A stretch of DNA of 63,972 nucleotides, counting the filler, from Octopus bimaculoides (Eukaryota): NCBI RefSeq assembly GCF_001194135.2. It is 5 parts of 5 records of this genome, joined end to end, with 100 filler letters (N's around TTAATTAATTAA, not from the genome) between each part and the next. Parts side by side here need not be neighbours in the genome. Positions count along the whole stretch, not along the records: positions 48,228 to 56,788 come from NC_068982.1; positions 56,889 to 62,450 come from NC_068993.1; positions 62,551 to 63,972 come from NC_068986.1; 2 more parts are not named here. One strand, written 5' to 3'. The translations under genes were made by a program, and so were the position numbers. The notes under the pieces were generated by a model. That model did no database searches. It saw only the letters and a list, made by a program, of their open reading frames with translations, and was not told the DNA's origin. Of the stretch, positions 52,141 to 63,972 are shown in pieces. How positions within the stretch are numbered: the stretch's first letter is position 1; the number at the start of each line of letters is the position of its first letter.

Positions 52141-54299
52141 ATATATTGGGGTTTCAGTGGAAACGAACCTGAATCCACATCGTTGCAAAACGAACTTAAT
52201 CACACAATAATAGTAGAAAAAGAGTACAAGCGAAAGAAAGAAAACTTCACAGGAAACTGATCGTTAGTTCCCTGTGAAGCAAAACTAAATGGAGCGTATG
52301 GGCACTTGTACATCATCAGCTTTGACATTTGCAGGAAATATTGCTAGACATAATAGAGAATTGCAGTAAACCATTTATAAACACAAAATTAGTAAATTAC
52401 TGTCTGGTGTTGGTATTTTTCTGGGAGGTACATTAATAAACATTGAAGTTGAATTTCTCTTTAAAAAAAAAAATCAACTGTTGAGTGATGTACTTGTTTC
52501 GCCAGTTTGCAACCAATCATGGTAATTTTTTTTACAATTACACGCGTTTCACTTAGAAGGGGTGGCTTATCTAAAGAACGATTGACTTCCGAGGGTTTTA
52601 TTGTTCTTATTTGTTCATATTCATGGAACCCCACCACCACCACCAAAAACAAAACAGCAAAAAAACAAATTTCACATTTAAATTGAATCGAATATAAATT
52701 TCACCTTCTAAGCGAGATGGATTTAATACTAAATTCATGCCGATTAAATCTGTTTTCTATAGCCTTTATAATGATGTGTGACACAAATTCAGATGCTTCT
52801 CTGGTATGGGCATCTTCCAGAAAAATATGTACTTTTACAGTTTCGCTTTGACTGAGTAGTATGTTTAGTGAACGAGTGATTTCGGACAGTTTTGATGGTC
52901 AGGTTCGTTCAAAAAGCACTGAAAATCCGGGTTAAAAAGTGAAAAATTGCATCAATATACCAAATTTGAATATTTTTTACTTAATTTGAAATTTCAAAAT
53001 CTGTGACAGAACCGAAAACATCCGTGATATCTTGACTTCAGGTGATAGGTCCTTAGTTTGCTCAGGCATAGATATCTACATAAAATAATGGTTTGAGGTT
53101 CGAAAGAAATTTCCTTGAAATACGTACTATGTCTAGCTACCACGTAGATGCCCGCTAGTTGTCTCTGGTGTATTTTGTGTATACATTAGATGTGTGAGAG
53201 AGGATTTCGACAAGCATTCAAATACAAACACACTCAGATGCATACACACTTGTAGCCAAAGACGTAGCCGTATTTGCAACTAATTAAGAAACGATTTTAC
53301 TTTATACAAGTAATAGACGGAAAATATTCTCAAATATTTTAAAAGCAACAAACGTATATTTAATTAAAAGACTTACCTAGTTTATTTCATAGTTATGATA
53401 TTTTGTAAATCACTATTCTAATGTCACATTCTCTTCACATTCACGTGTGTACAATAGAATATTCTATATGAATGCATCGAGTATGAAGCATGTTTTCGTT
53501 TGGAATGTCACACTGGCTCACCCCAGAAAAGGAAAAGCCTGTTTAAGACGCATATGGTAGTAAAACGATACCGTACAACTTGAAAATATATGTTGTAGTA
53601 CCGACCAACATGTCAGAGAGCATGTTCAAGAACTCAAAAGTGCATCAAGCAACTCAATAAGCATTAAAAAAAAAACAGGTGATGTTGACATAAAACGAAT
53701 CCTTATATATTTGAGTGAACCCTGCGGCTTACTTACATATCCCAAAGTCTTAAGTCACGAAGGAAGTTGAGAAAAGACTGAAATTTTTTTGACATCAAAG
53801 CCCATTTTCTAAATAAACGTTACCGATATTGTGATGTCATAATGACATTATGACACCATTTTAATAATCTTTCGATAGGACAAGTATTAAAAACAAAATA
53901 GTAGATCATTTTGGTATAAGAGAATGAATGGGAAGATCATATACTTAACAGTAATAACCCAGAAAATAAAAAAAAAATAGTAGAGACAAAGGAAAAACAA
54001 CAGCGTGTACGAAATATTTGGATTGATATCAACAAAAAAATATATGAACAATATGAAATTAAAAATTAGAAGTTCAAAGACAGAAGTAAATAGAGAATAG
54101 GGTGTAAAAAAGAATAGGAGCACTGTTATTTAGTAATGTAGATGGGGTAGATAGAAGTATATAAGGTAAATACATAGAAGAATAATATTGATGTTTTTTG
54201 TTGAAATAGTGTTTCAAAATACGTAATTATTGTTATAATACAGCGAGATGCGTTAAAGAATTTAACTCTCAAATGTATGTATATCCTCCTCCTCCTAAT

Positions 54300-56455
54300 C
54301 ATCATAAACATCATCATGATCATCATCAATTAACGTCCGTTTTCCATGCTGGGATGGGTTTGACAGGAGCTGGCCAGCTGAAGCGCTGCCCAGGCTCTTT
54401 GTCTATTTTGGCATGGTTTCTATGGCAGGATGCCCTTCCTAAAGCCAACCACTTTACAGAGTGTACTGGGTGTTTTTATGCTGCACCAACACATGTGCTT
54501 TTTATGTGGCACCAGCACCTACGAGCCTGCAAGATTAGGAATGCTCAGCGGGAGAGGGACGCAGGAGACAAACCTATATGCAAGGACAACCAAGGTTTTA
54601 CTTAGCTTGACGTCTCTTTTCAAGCATAGCAAACTGCCAGGAGTCTCAGTCCCCTGTTATATCTTCTGTGAGTCCCAAAGTTTGTTGATACTTTCTCACC
54701 ACTTTATCCCACGTCTTCCTGGGTCTACCCCTTCTACATGTTCCCTCTACAATTAGAGACTGGCACCTCTTGATTCAACTGTCTTCATTCATATGCATTA
54801 CATGGCAGTCTCAGCACACCCTTCTCTTTTGCACGCTACACTTGATACCTCATACACCCAGTTTTTCTCTCAAATCACTTACAATGTCATATATGCATCC
54901 AGTGGAGTATACTGCCTTCATTTCTTTCAAACCTTTGCATATCCTCAGTAGTCACCGCCCATGTCTCATTGTCATGCAGCATAGCTGTTCATACACAGGC
55001 ATCATACAATCTGCCTTTCACTCTGAGGGTGGGAGAGATCCTTCATTACTAACAGAGGTAGTAGCTCTCTGAACTTTGTCCAGCCTATTCTTATTCTAGC
55101 AGCTATGCTTTCGGATCAACCTCCCCAACTACTAACTTGTTCACCTAAGTAACAGAAAGTGCCTACTACTCCTAAGGATCCCCTCTGATATTTGAGGGAG
55201 TCTATTTTTTATACATTCCTGATGTTCAATGTAGCTGCACATCTGCCATATGTAAAGACTACTTTCTCTGTTAGTCTTCCAGTGATACAGCTGCACCTCT
55301 TATGTGTCCATAGCTTGCTCTGAGTACACTTTATGGAGTTTCTCCTGACACTTTTTCTACATATTGAGCAGAGCTATCTCCCTGAAGGGATCTGTGACTG
55401 GGCTGTTTTTCTACTTATCAATACTTTGGTCTTTTCTGAAATAACTCTAAGGCATTTTGATTCCAATTGTGGTTCCATACGTGAAATTTCTTCCCTAGTT
55501 CTGGTAGTGATTCAGCAATAAGAGCAAAGTCATTGGCATAGAGGAGCTCCCAAGGGCAGCGAGTCAAAATTCCTCAGTTATAGCTAGGAGAACCATGATA
55601 AATAAGAGGGGACTAAGAACTGAACCATGGTGGACTCTTACTTGTACACTAAACTCCTTGCTATACTCATAAGCAACTCTCACCTTACAAACAGCATCCC
55701 TGTACATGGCTTGTACAGCTCTCACTAACCACTCATCTATCCCTAGCTTCCAGATTGCCCACCAGATAAGGGAGTGAGGGACCCTGTGAAAGGCTTTCTC
55801 CATGTCAACAAAAGCCAGGTACAGAAGTTTATTTTTGGCCAAGTATTCCTCCTGCAGTTGTCTCACCAGGATGATAGCACCAGTGGTGCTTCTCTCTGGC
55901 ACAAATCCAAACTGCATCTCATCTATACTAATTCTCTGCCTAATTAATTGAGCTATGACCTTTTCTGCAATTTTCATCATCTGGTCCAGCAATTTGATGC
56001 CTCTGTAACTATTTCTGTTTAGGGCATCACTCTCTTTCCTTTGTAGCAGTTGACTATGGTGTTGCTACAGCAATCATTGCGTATGACTCTCTCGTGGACA
56101 ACCGGATTAACTATACCGCCAGATATTTTAAGCATCTCAGCAGTGATTCCTGATGGGCTGGAGGCTTTCCCTGCTTTCATGTCCTTAATTGATCTATCTA
56201 CTAAGCTACTGTCAATTCAGATAGCTGGCCCTTCTGTTGGGTCTACATTAGGCAGGCTCTCCTTCTCCCATTCATTCTCTACATTTAACAACCTTTCATA
56301 GTGTTACTTCCAAGCCTCCTTCCTCGCAGAATCACTAACTGCAAGTGAGCCATCATCCAAGCGAACACATTTCTCTCCTGCCACATTATGATTTTCTCTG
56401 ACACACTGCCTTGCAATCCGAAACACTTCAAGCCTCTGCTCCTCATGACTCCAGC
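54300..56455 (-). mobile_element. 5'-truncated, decayed RTE-clade LINE (RT domain, C-terminus, 3' UTR, (GAT)n tail)
   Basis: RT motifs SYRGIKLLDQ, QFGFVPERSTTGAI, LAFVDMEKAFHRVP and HGSVLSPLLF; 3' UTR GGTTGGCTTTAGGAAGGGCATCC..CCCAGCATGGAAAACGGACGTTAA followed by GAT repeats. Confidence 0.93.
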
Positions 56456-56629
56456 AAATAAGATCTGAAGAAGGAATTCTAATTCCGAAATATCATCGGA
56501 CTACAGTTTACCAAGTTACAACAGGTATGCAGTCTATTTTTTGTTCTATATTGCATTGTTATACCTTCCTAAACTTTTTATTCTTTACAAACAATACACA
56601 ATGCTTCAAGCGAACTACAATACTCTCCT

Positions 56630-56663
<34 letters not shown>

Positions 56664-56665
<2 letters not shown>

Positions 56666-56788
56666 CATCATCATCATCATCATCATCGTTTAACGTCCGC
56701 TTTCCATGCTAGCATGGGTTGGACGATTTGACTGAGGACTGGTGAAACCGGATGGCAACACCAGGCTCCAGTCTGATTTGGCAGAGTT
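56664..56788 (-). mobile_element. RTE-type 3' end (young copy), runs into gap
   Basis: CATCATCGTTTAACGTCCGCTTTCCATGCTAGCATGGGTTGGACG.., same terminus family as 54300. Confidence 0.85.
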
Positions 56789-59700
56789 NNNNNNNNNNNN
56801 NNNNNNNNNNNNNNNNNNNNNNNNNNNNNNNNTTAATTAATTAANNNNNNNNNNNNNNNNNNNNNNNNNNNNNNNNNNNNNNNNNNNNTATATATGTATA
56901 TATATACATACACACATACATATCCACACACACACATATATGTATATATATAAAAATACATAAACATATCTGTGCACATAAACATACATGCATCCAACCA
57001 AGCATATATACATACATATTTATATATATATTTTTTAATAATTAATAACAACAAAAAAATATATGTATATATTCAAAAATCTATACAAAACATATAGTTT
57101 CATACAAAAATATGAATGTATACACACACAGAGAGATACACGTGTATATATGAATATTGATACACATACATTCGCACACACATATATATATATATTTATG
57201 TATGTGTTGTTACACGTATTTACATAGAGATTCATACGTAAAATTATACAATCCTTAGTACGTATATAAATACTGTCAATGTGTGGTAATTAGTAATAAA
57301 GTGGAGGGATATTTATCGGAAGGTAATTNNNNNNNNNNNNNNNNNNNNNNNNNNNNNNNNNNNNNNNNNNNNNNNNNNNNNNNNNNNNNNNNNNNNNNNN
57401 NNNNNNNNNNNNNNNNNNNNNNNNNNNNACTTTTAGATAGTTTTCATTTTTGCAAAAACCACTATTCATTTTGAAGTCCTATGGGCTTGATTGTTGATGT
57501 AAACATTATATCTATCAAAGAATTCACCAAACACTGGCCAAAGGCTAGCTGTTCCTTGCTACTTTCGATTGCACCTACATATAATAAATAGAAGAGAGCT
57601 ATTTCGCCCGAGTCTACGCTACACATTCATTTCTTCATTTCTTGCTGAGGAGTTATATTGATATCGAAAATATCAATTGCTTTAAATATAAGCTCCACTG
57701 CCGTCTGCATTCTCCAAAGTGTCTCGATTTCTTATCTTTGTTTTTTTTTAGATGAAATATATGCCTTTAGCATACGATGTGAAAGAATATGACAGCTAGG
57801 TGTGTTGGGCAGGGTAGAAACAACAACTATTCTTTGAGGAATTGTGAAAATTGCTTTGAATTGAAATGACGAACCAAATGAGTGAAATTTTTGCTTGCAG
57901 AAACACCTTACAGAATACAGTGTATAACCTAGACGTCAGAAAAGGAAAATGAGAAATAATCTTTTGATTAAGATCTATGGAGTGCATTTTTGTTTTTTAA
58001 ATCCAAATATCATCTCTGAACAAGTAAACCAAGGAGCAAAGACATTACAACCTTGAGCATCTCATTGTTTTCATGTATTGCATAGCTACATTATCTAACC
58101 TCTTCTTTTCCTTTTGAAGATTTAAGGGTGTGATTTAGAGTGTTTTGGTTGCTATTTCTAGCAGCTCTGATGACCATGTAGACATACCCCCTCAAATCCT
58201 GTGTAATTTTAAAATTAGTAAGAGATAGTGTGTAGGATAAGGTTACATTGAAGGTCATGCATATTGGTTAGAAGAGAAGAAATTGTTCGAGGAAGAAACC
58301 CTGACTGACGAGTTGTTCTTCATAAATTGACATCTGGGTCACAAAAGGTCACTGGAAATCACATTAGATGTGAATTCTGCACCTCACTCAAACATCTAGT
58401 TTACTAAGAAAATTACTAAAGAGCTAGATTAAAGAGCTATATTAAAGAGCTAGATTAAATATAAAAGGTTTCAAATTATGTAGTTGGGGAAATCTATTTG
58501 GTTTCTATGTGATGGTCCGAATTATGTGAGGAGGTATAACAGACTGTTATCTCCTATATTCCAATACTACTTTATTGTTATACACATCTCTACATGCATC
58601 TGAAATAATATTTCTAACTGAAAACTTCTGTATTACTGAGTTCAGAAAAATTATTCCAAAATAGCAAATTTACTGCATTGTAATGTAGGCTAATCACACG
58701 AGGTGAAAATCACATAGTTACTCAAAGCAATAGTCAGTGGCAGCATGCTTCAAACCCTCATGTCAACCAGAACGAAATCCTCATTTTCATGTCTCAAGTT
58801 CCCTCTAAATTCTATAATTTTGAGGCAACTGTTAAATCTCGTGCTATTCTTTCAAAAACTTTGTATTTTGTCATCTTTTTGAATGGAGGTTTTTTAATCT
58901 CTTCTTTCTGATTATTTGCTTAAAGTTTTGGTACATTTAAAAAATGTTTGCTTCTTTTATTGCTACTTATATAGCTGTTAAGGTTGTTCTGTTGATAGAT
59001 TACAAGTCAACAATTCAACAAACTGAAATTTGATCGACCAATTTGTATCAACATTCTCCTCTGACTTCTAACAAATTTTATGGTCCAAGTCGACTTATCC
59101 AACTTGTTGTTTGTTTTGGTGCTTCTTTTATCATTGATTTTGACAGGACTTGAAACTTAGGATGTAAACAAATAACACAAAACATTTTATCCAGGGAACA
59201 CTAGTATACATTACATTCAATAATAATGATTTCAAACATAGGTGCATATCTTCAAATTCAAGATAGATGTATATAGTCTATTTAACTGACTCGACTGGTA
59301 TTTATTTCGTTGATCAGGGAAGGTTTTGATCTAAAAGATAAAGATATCTTACCCAAAACAAGGTATTTTTGACCGATGCACCATTCAAATAATAACAAGG
59401 ATTTCTTATATCAATAGTAATGTTTTATTTATCAAATGGAAAAAAAAATTATTTTTTCATAAAAGAAAAGATTTATATATTTTTACATTTATTGTTGAGA
59501 AAATTAAAAATTAACGAAGGGAAAAAAAATGGAGTATTCAAACAGTTATACATTATTAAATTGGAAGAAAATTCTGCAAATATACACTTGTAAATAATAT
59601 TTATTTTTGAATAATTCCTATTTTCATGTACATACACTTAGGAAAATTTAAATGTACCTTTAGAGCATGATAATGTTTTTTAGAATTTTAGATATTAGAC

Positions 59701-60934
59701 TAAGTTTGAAAGGTTGAATTAGTGAAGTGAATTTCCTCCACTTTCTCTGATTGAAAAGATATATAGAACCTAATCACAAGCATTCCTGGTTATGAGATGA
59801 ATTTTGAAAGGTTATTAATAATAAAGAGTAAAGCCTATTATTGTCCAAATTTAATTAAACTAGAATTAAACTAGGATTAAATATTTAATTTTGAATTAAG
59901 TTTCATTAATTTTCTCCATCAGACAATAAATAATTTTTTTTTAATGTTATGGTATATATTAAAACAAAATTATTTAAACAACATGCTCTTCTATACTTAA
60001 ATGATTAATGAAAACATTGTCAATATTGGTTTAAGAGAAGTTTTTCTAATGGATCTTCCTACAACTTGTGTGTCCTTCCTACTTTAGGCTTATTATCATT
60101 TAACATCAGCTTATAGGTGGGTCAATTGTTTCTAGGCTACAAACAATTAGAAAAATATTGTTAATGTTTGTAAAATGTATGGAAAAATCCTCATATAGAA
60201 CTCAAATGATATCAGAATGTATTCAGTTCTGAAGACAATATTCTAAAATATGCTAAATTCGCTTTACTGAAGGTAATGACACAATCCATTTGCTATTTTG
60301 TTACATATTAAAGAGTTCAAATGACTCAGATTTGCCACGTTAAGACTAGATTTGATCATGCACATATATGCACATGCCTGGTCATTTTTTTTATAGAAGC
60401 CTACCAGTTAGCAATGAATGCAAGTCATCCCTTTTTTATTTGTTGCAGTTTAAATAAACAGCTGCTTATTCTCAAATGATATTAATAATCACTGGAATTC
60501 TTTTATAAACTCATTATATTACTGAGATTGTGAGAAATGAAGGACAGTATTTGATTATATTGACACAGATTTATGTGTTGACATAATCAAAATAACTGCT
60601 TATGAAGACACACACTAATATTTCAATTGCAAATAACAATATTTTAATTTAAAAAAATAATAATATGATATTATTTTACCAAAACACTTATACTTATTAA
60701 AAAGAAATATTATTTCCAAATTAAGTAATGCACATAATAAATTCACAATGAAAATATTATCTAAATTTTTCTTTACAGTCAATATGAATTATATTTCACA
60801 AGAGCAGCTTATGAACCATTTTGCTAACAGCAGAGAAATTAAATAATCCAGCACATAGCCTAAATAAGAGAAAACATTGCCTGATAATCATTTCAGGAAA
60901 AACCAACACAATAATACCCAATAATTTGGCTGCT

Positions 60935-62326
60935 TTAAAAGAGATACGGAATAATGCGATAAGGTACTTTACGACAGTATTCTTTCCAAAATTCTCCATA
61001 TTTCCTTCCACATTTATCGTCATCACGAAAACTTCTGTGTGTTAGCAAAATTAGTAAATGTATTACATAAAAAAAAGGCATAAAACTTGAGAAACATGCA
61101 GGAATTGTCCAGCAGAATGCCAAAACAATTTCTGGAATATAGTGGAAATGTCGAGACCAACTCCACCAACCTGAAACAAGTAAAATCCCTTCTTTTTTCT
61201 CTCCTGTCTCTAATGTATATGTTGCCTGAATTATAACAGGCTTCTTACCCCATACTAAGCAGTTGCCATTAGTAGCACGTACTTTTTGTTTTTGCTTGTC
61301 AGCAAAGTAGTTGATAAGAAGTGCTGCTGTGCCTGTAATGAAAATGAAAATAGATACTAATGTTCCCAGATGTATTGGATGGTTGACTAAATATAAGCTC
61401 ACTGATGTATAGAACCCTGGAATGAAAACAAGACAGCCCCAGCAGATGTAGTATCCTGCTCTGTCTAACATGATATCAATTGTGTTCAGATAACCTGCTT
61501 CCCACCAAAAAAATTTTGTAATGTATAAAAGTTGAAGTGCAGTAGATACTATGTTACTATCAACCCATCCATTAAGTTGATAATTCTTAATTGAAAAAAT
61601 TAAAACTATAAGTGCCCAGGACATCATTCCAAATCGACAGTTAGTGAATTGCTTAATGTCAATGCCATAAATTTTAGGATACAATTCAGTACCCCAATAA
61701 TAATCAAAAATTACATTTCCTGAAGTACCAGAGTCAGATGAGGAAGGAAACGTTAATCCTTTCACATATAATATAAAACAGAAAACAAAACTTACTAGAT
61801 TCAATGTACCTAAGATATCACCAAAACGGTCATAAATTATGGACACAGAAATATCATATGTGTTGAGTATTATTTCAGAACACACAAGAACAACAATTGT
61901 GAGTGAAAAATATAAAAATCCATTGTCAATATATATGGGTACATTGCCTTTTGGTGTGATTGATCCCTTCACTAATTGCCCTGGCAAAATCTTCATTGTA
62001 ATAATAGCCCACAAACTGTAACCAAAAATGACAATTAGTGCAAAAGAACTTCCAATTGAAACTTCAGTCCAAATGTTTAAAAGTCCAGTAAGCACTGAGC
62101 CTTTGAATAAATGATGTAAACAATAAGTAATGCTTCCATCAAATTTGACAGCTGTATACCAAAGGATCATCACTAAGTTTGGAGTGAACATAATCAGTAG
62201 CAATGGTAGAACAGTGTGTTCAATAAATTGTTTAATTCTGCTCTTTGCAGGAATGTCGTAGAAAACATTTCCTGACTCCCTTCTCATCTCTCTGTTCTTT
62301 GATTTAATCATATCTTTTCTGTTCAT
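60935..62326 (-). CDS. DHCR7: Sterol delta7-reductase (7-dehydrocholesterol reductase-like), ERG4/ERG24 family, 463 aa, single coding exon
   Basis: Uninterrupted multi-TM ORF with DYYWGTELYP, KQFTNCRFGMMSW, KFFWWEAGY, DRAGYYICWGCLV, LLVSGWWSWSRHFHYIPE and C-terminal HRSFRDDDKCGRKYGEFWKEYCRKVPYRIIP. Confidence 0.93.
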   Translation of the reverse strand: MNRKDMIKSKNREMRRESGNVFYDIPAKSRIKQFIEHTVLPLLLIMFTPNLVMILWYTAVKFDGSITYCLHHLFKGSVLTGLLNIWTEVSIGSSFALIVIFGYSLWAIITMKILPGQLVKGSITPKGNVPIYIDNGFLYFSLTIVVLVCSEIILNTYDISVSIIYDRFGDILGTLNLVSFVFCFILYVKGLTFPSSSDSGTSGNVIFDYYWGTELYPKIYGIDIKQFTNCRFGMMSWALIVLIFSIKNYQLNGWVDSNIVSTALQLLYITKFFWWEAGYLNTIDIMLDRAGYYICWGCLVFIPGFYTSVSLYLVNHPIHLGTLVSIFIFITGTAALLINYFADKQKQKVRATNGNCLVWGKKPVIIQATYTLETGEKKEGILLVSGWWSWSRHFHYIPEIVLAFCWTIPACFSSFMPFFYVIHLLILLTHRSFRDDDKCGRKYGEFWKEYCRKVPYRIIPYLF

Positions 62327-62329
62327 GGC

Positions 62330-62360
62330 CTATAAAAACAAGAAAAAAAAGAAAAATATT
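62330..62360 (-). promoter_or_regulatory. 3' splice acceptor just upstream of the DHCR7 start
   Basis: Minus strand TTTTTCTTTTTTTTCTTGTTTTTATAG|GCCATG: long polypyrimidine tract, AG, then GCC-ATG. Confidence 0.75.
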
Positions 62361-62413
62361 AGAAACATTCATACATATGGGTGTTATATATGGGTGCTTA
62401 TGGGTGCTTATGG

Positions 62414-62450
<37 letters not shown>

Positions 62451-62550
62451 NNNNNNNNNNNNNNNNNNNNNNNNNNNNNNNNNNNNNNNNNNNNTTAATT
62501 AATTAANNNNNNNNNNNNNNNNNNNNNNNNNNNNNNNNNNNNNNNNNNNN

Positions 62551-62800
62551 ACATAAAAGACACCATTTCGAGCGTGGCCGTTGCCAGTATCGCCTGACTG
62601 GCCTTCGTGCAGGTGACACGTAAAAGCACCTACTACACTCTCTGAGTGGTTGGCGTTAGGAAGGGCATCCAGCTGTAGAAACTCTGCCAAATTTAGATTG
62701 GAGCCTGGTGTTGCCATCCGGTTTCACCAGTCCTCAGTCAAGTCGTCCAACCCATGCTAGCATGGAAAGCGGACGTTAAACGATGATGATGATGATGATG
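62551..62800 (+). mobile_element. RTE-type 3' end (young copy) with (GAT)n tail
   Basis: GGTTGGCGTTAGGAAGGGCATCCAGC..CCATGCTAGCATGGAAAGCGGACGTTAAAC(GAT)n. Confidence 0.88.
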
Positions 62801-62874
62801 ATATATATGTATGCATGTTTGTATGTATGTATGTATTTGTGTGTGTGTGTATATATGTATGTATGTATGTATGT

Positions 62875-63042
62875 ACACCATCGCTTGACAACCAATGTTG
62901 GTGTGCTTATGTCCCCATAACTTAGTGATTTGAATGGGTACTAGGCTTACAAAGAATAAGTCCAGGGGTTGATTTGTTTGACTAAAGGCGGTGCTCCAGC
63001 ATTGCCACAGTCAAGTGACTGAAACAAGTAAAAGAATAAAAC
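62875..63042 (+). mobile_element. SINE family A, 3' half
   Basis: GCTTGACAACCAATGTTGG..GACTAAAGGCGGTGCTCCAGC..GACTGAAACAAGTAAAAGAATAAAA. Confidence 0.85.
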
Positions 63043-63349
63043 ACACTTTTTCCATTTTATTTTCGCTATTAATTGTCCTCACGCACCCCTTCGTATCTAT
63101 GATGAGGCCACAAACTATATGATGAAAATCTAGAGTTACTCATGGCTGGTGAATTTTTCATAAAAATGCGAAGGTGATTTATCAATTCAAAACTCGATAT
63201 CCACAAAATAATCATACTTTATCGCATTTTTTTCGGTTCCGGCTTATCTCATTCGTATTCTCAAAAAGCATTGCAACCATTGGTCAAGCTGTTTGACCGG
63301 GAAAAGAGAACAGACAAACAGACGGACCGACATAACACCCATTATGGTA

Positions 63350-63500
63350 AGATTTAACGTCCATTTTTCAGCTGGCATGGGTTGGAGGGTTTGACAGAAG
63401 CTGTTCAGACTACAATTGCCTGTTTTGGCACAATTTCTATTGGTGAATGTCCTTCCTAATGTCAACTACTTAACAGAGTGTGCTGGGTACCTTTTACCTT
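63350..63500 (-). mobile_element. Older RTE-type 3' end
   Basis: TTTAACGTCCATTTTTCAGCTGGCATGGGTTGG..TGTCCTTCCTAATGTCAAC..CAGAGTGT, diverged from the 62551 copy. Confidence 0.65.
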
Positions 63501-63699
63501 TTACATGCCAGCAGTTTGGGTGTGTTTACTTAGTGCCATCACAAGTGCATTTTACATTTTAAAATTACGAAGTAGAAATTGATTTCTGCTTAATAATTTT
63601 AAACTCTGTTCAAATCCCATTGTTTTATATACATTTATACCATTGATAAACAAAAAAGTTGTGGAAACTAGTTTGGTATGTATGTGAATAAATCTCTTT

Positions 63700-63925
63700 T
63701 ACTGTCACTCTTTTACTGTCACTCTTTTACTTGTTTCAGTCATTTGACTGTAGCTATGCTGGAGCACCGCCTTTAGTCAAGCAAATCGACCCCAGGACTT
63801 ATTCTTTGTAAGCCTAGTACTTATTCTATCGTTCTCTTTTGCCGGACTGCTAAGTTACAGAGATGTAAGCACACCAGCATCGGTTGTCAAGTGATGCTGG
63901 GGGGACAAACACAGACACACACACA
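63700..63925 (-). mobile_element. SINE family A, 3' half, with tandem 14-bp tail repeat
   Basis: Reverse complement of the family A tail; tail CTCTTTTACTGTCA repeated about 2.5 times. Confidence 0.85.
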
Positions 63926-63972
63926 CACACACACATACATACAACGGGCTATATATATATATATATATATAT

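Overview
AT-rich animal genomic DNA, dense in microsatellites, with about 20 N-gaps (roughly 7 kb). The tRNA-derived SINEs, RTE LINE tails and extreme di-/tri-nucleotide load suggest an octopod cephalopod, probably Octopus (inference from remembered repeat families, not a search). Two intact protein genes are supported, both on the minus strand: a divergent stem-loop histone H2B (51125-51481) and an ERG4/ERG24-family sterol delta7-reductase, DHCR7-like (60935-62326), encoded by one coding exon and closer in motif content to plant/amoeba DWF5-type enzymes than to vertebrate DHCR7. The rest is mostly decayed mobile DNA: three Tc1/mariner elements with transposase remnants (one apparently an in-frame chimera of two families) plus a deleted derivative, two RTE LINE fragments (one with three C2H2 fingers), many SINEs and MITEs. 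At least six short elements carry a minimal type-I hammerhead-ribozyme motif. Nearly all long ORFs in the supplied track are microsatellite or N-gap artefacts. Family assignments rest on recalled motifs and need database confirmation.
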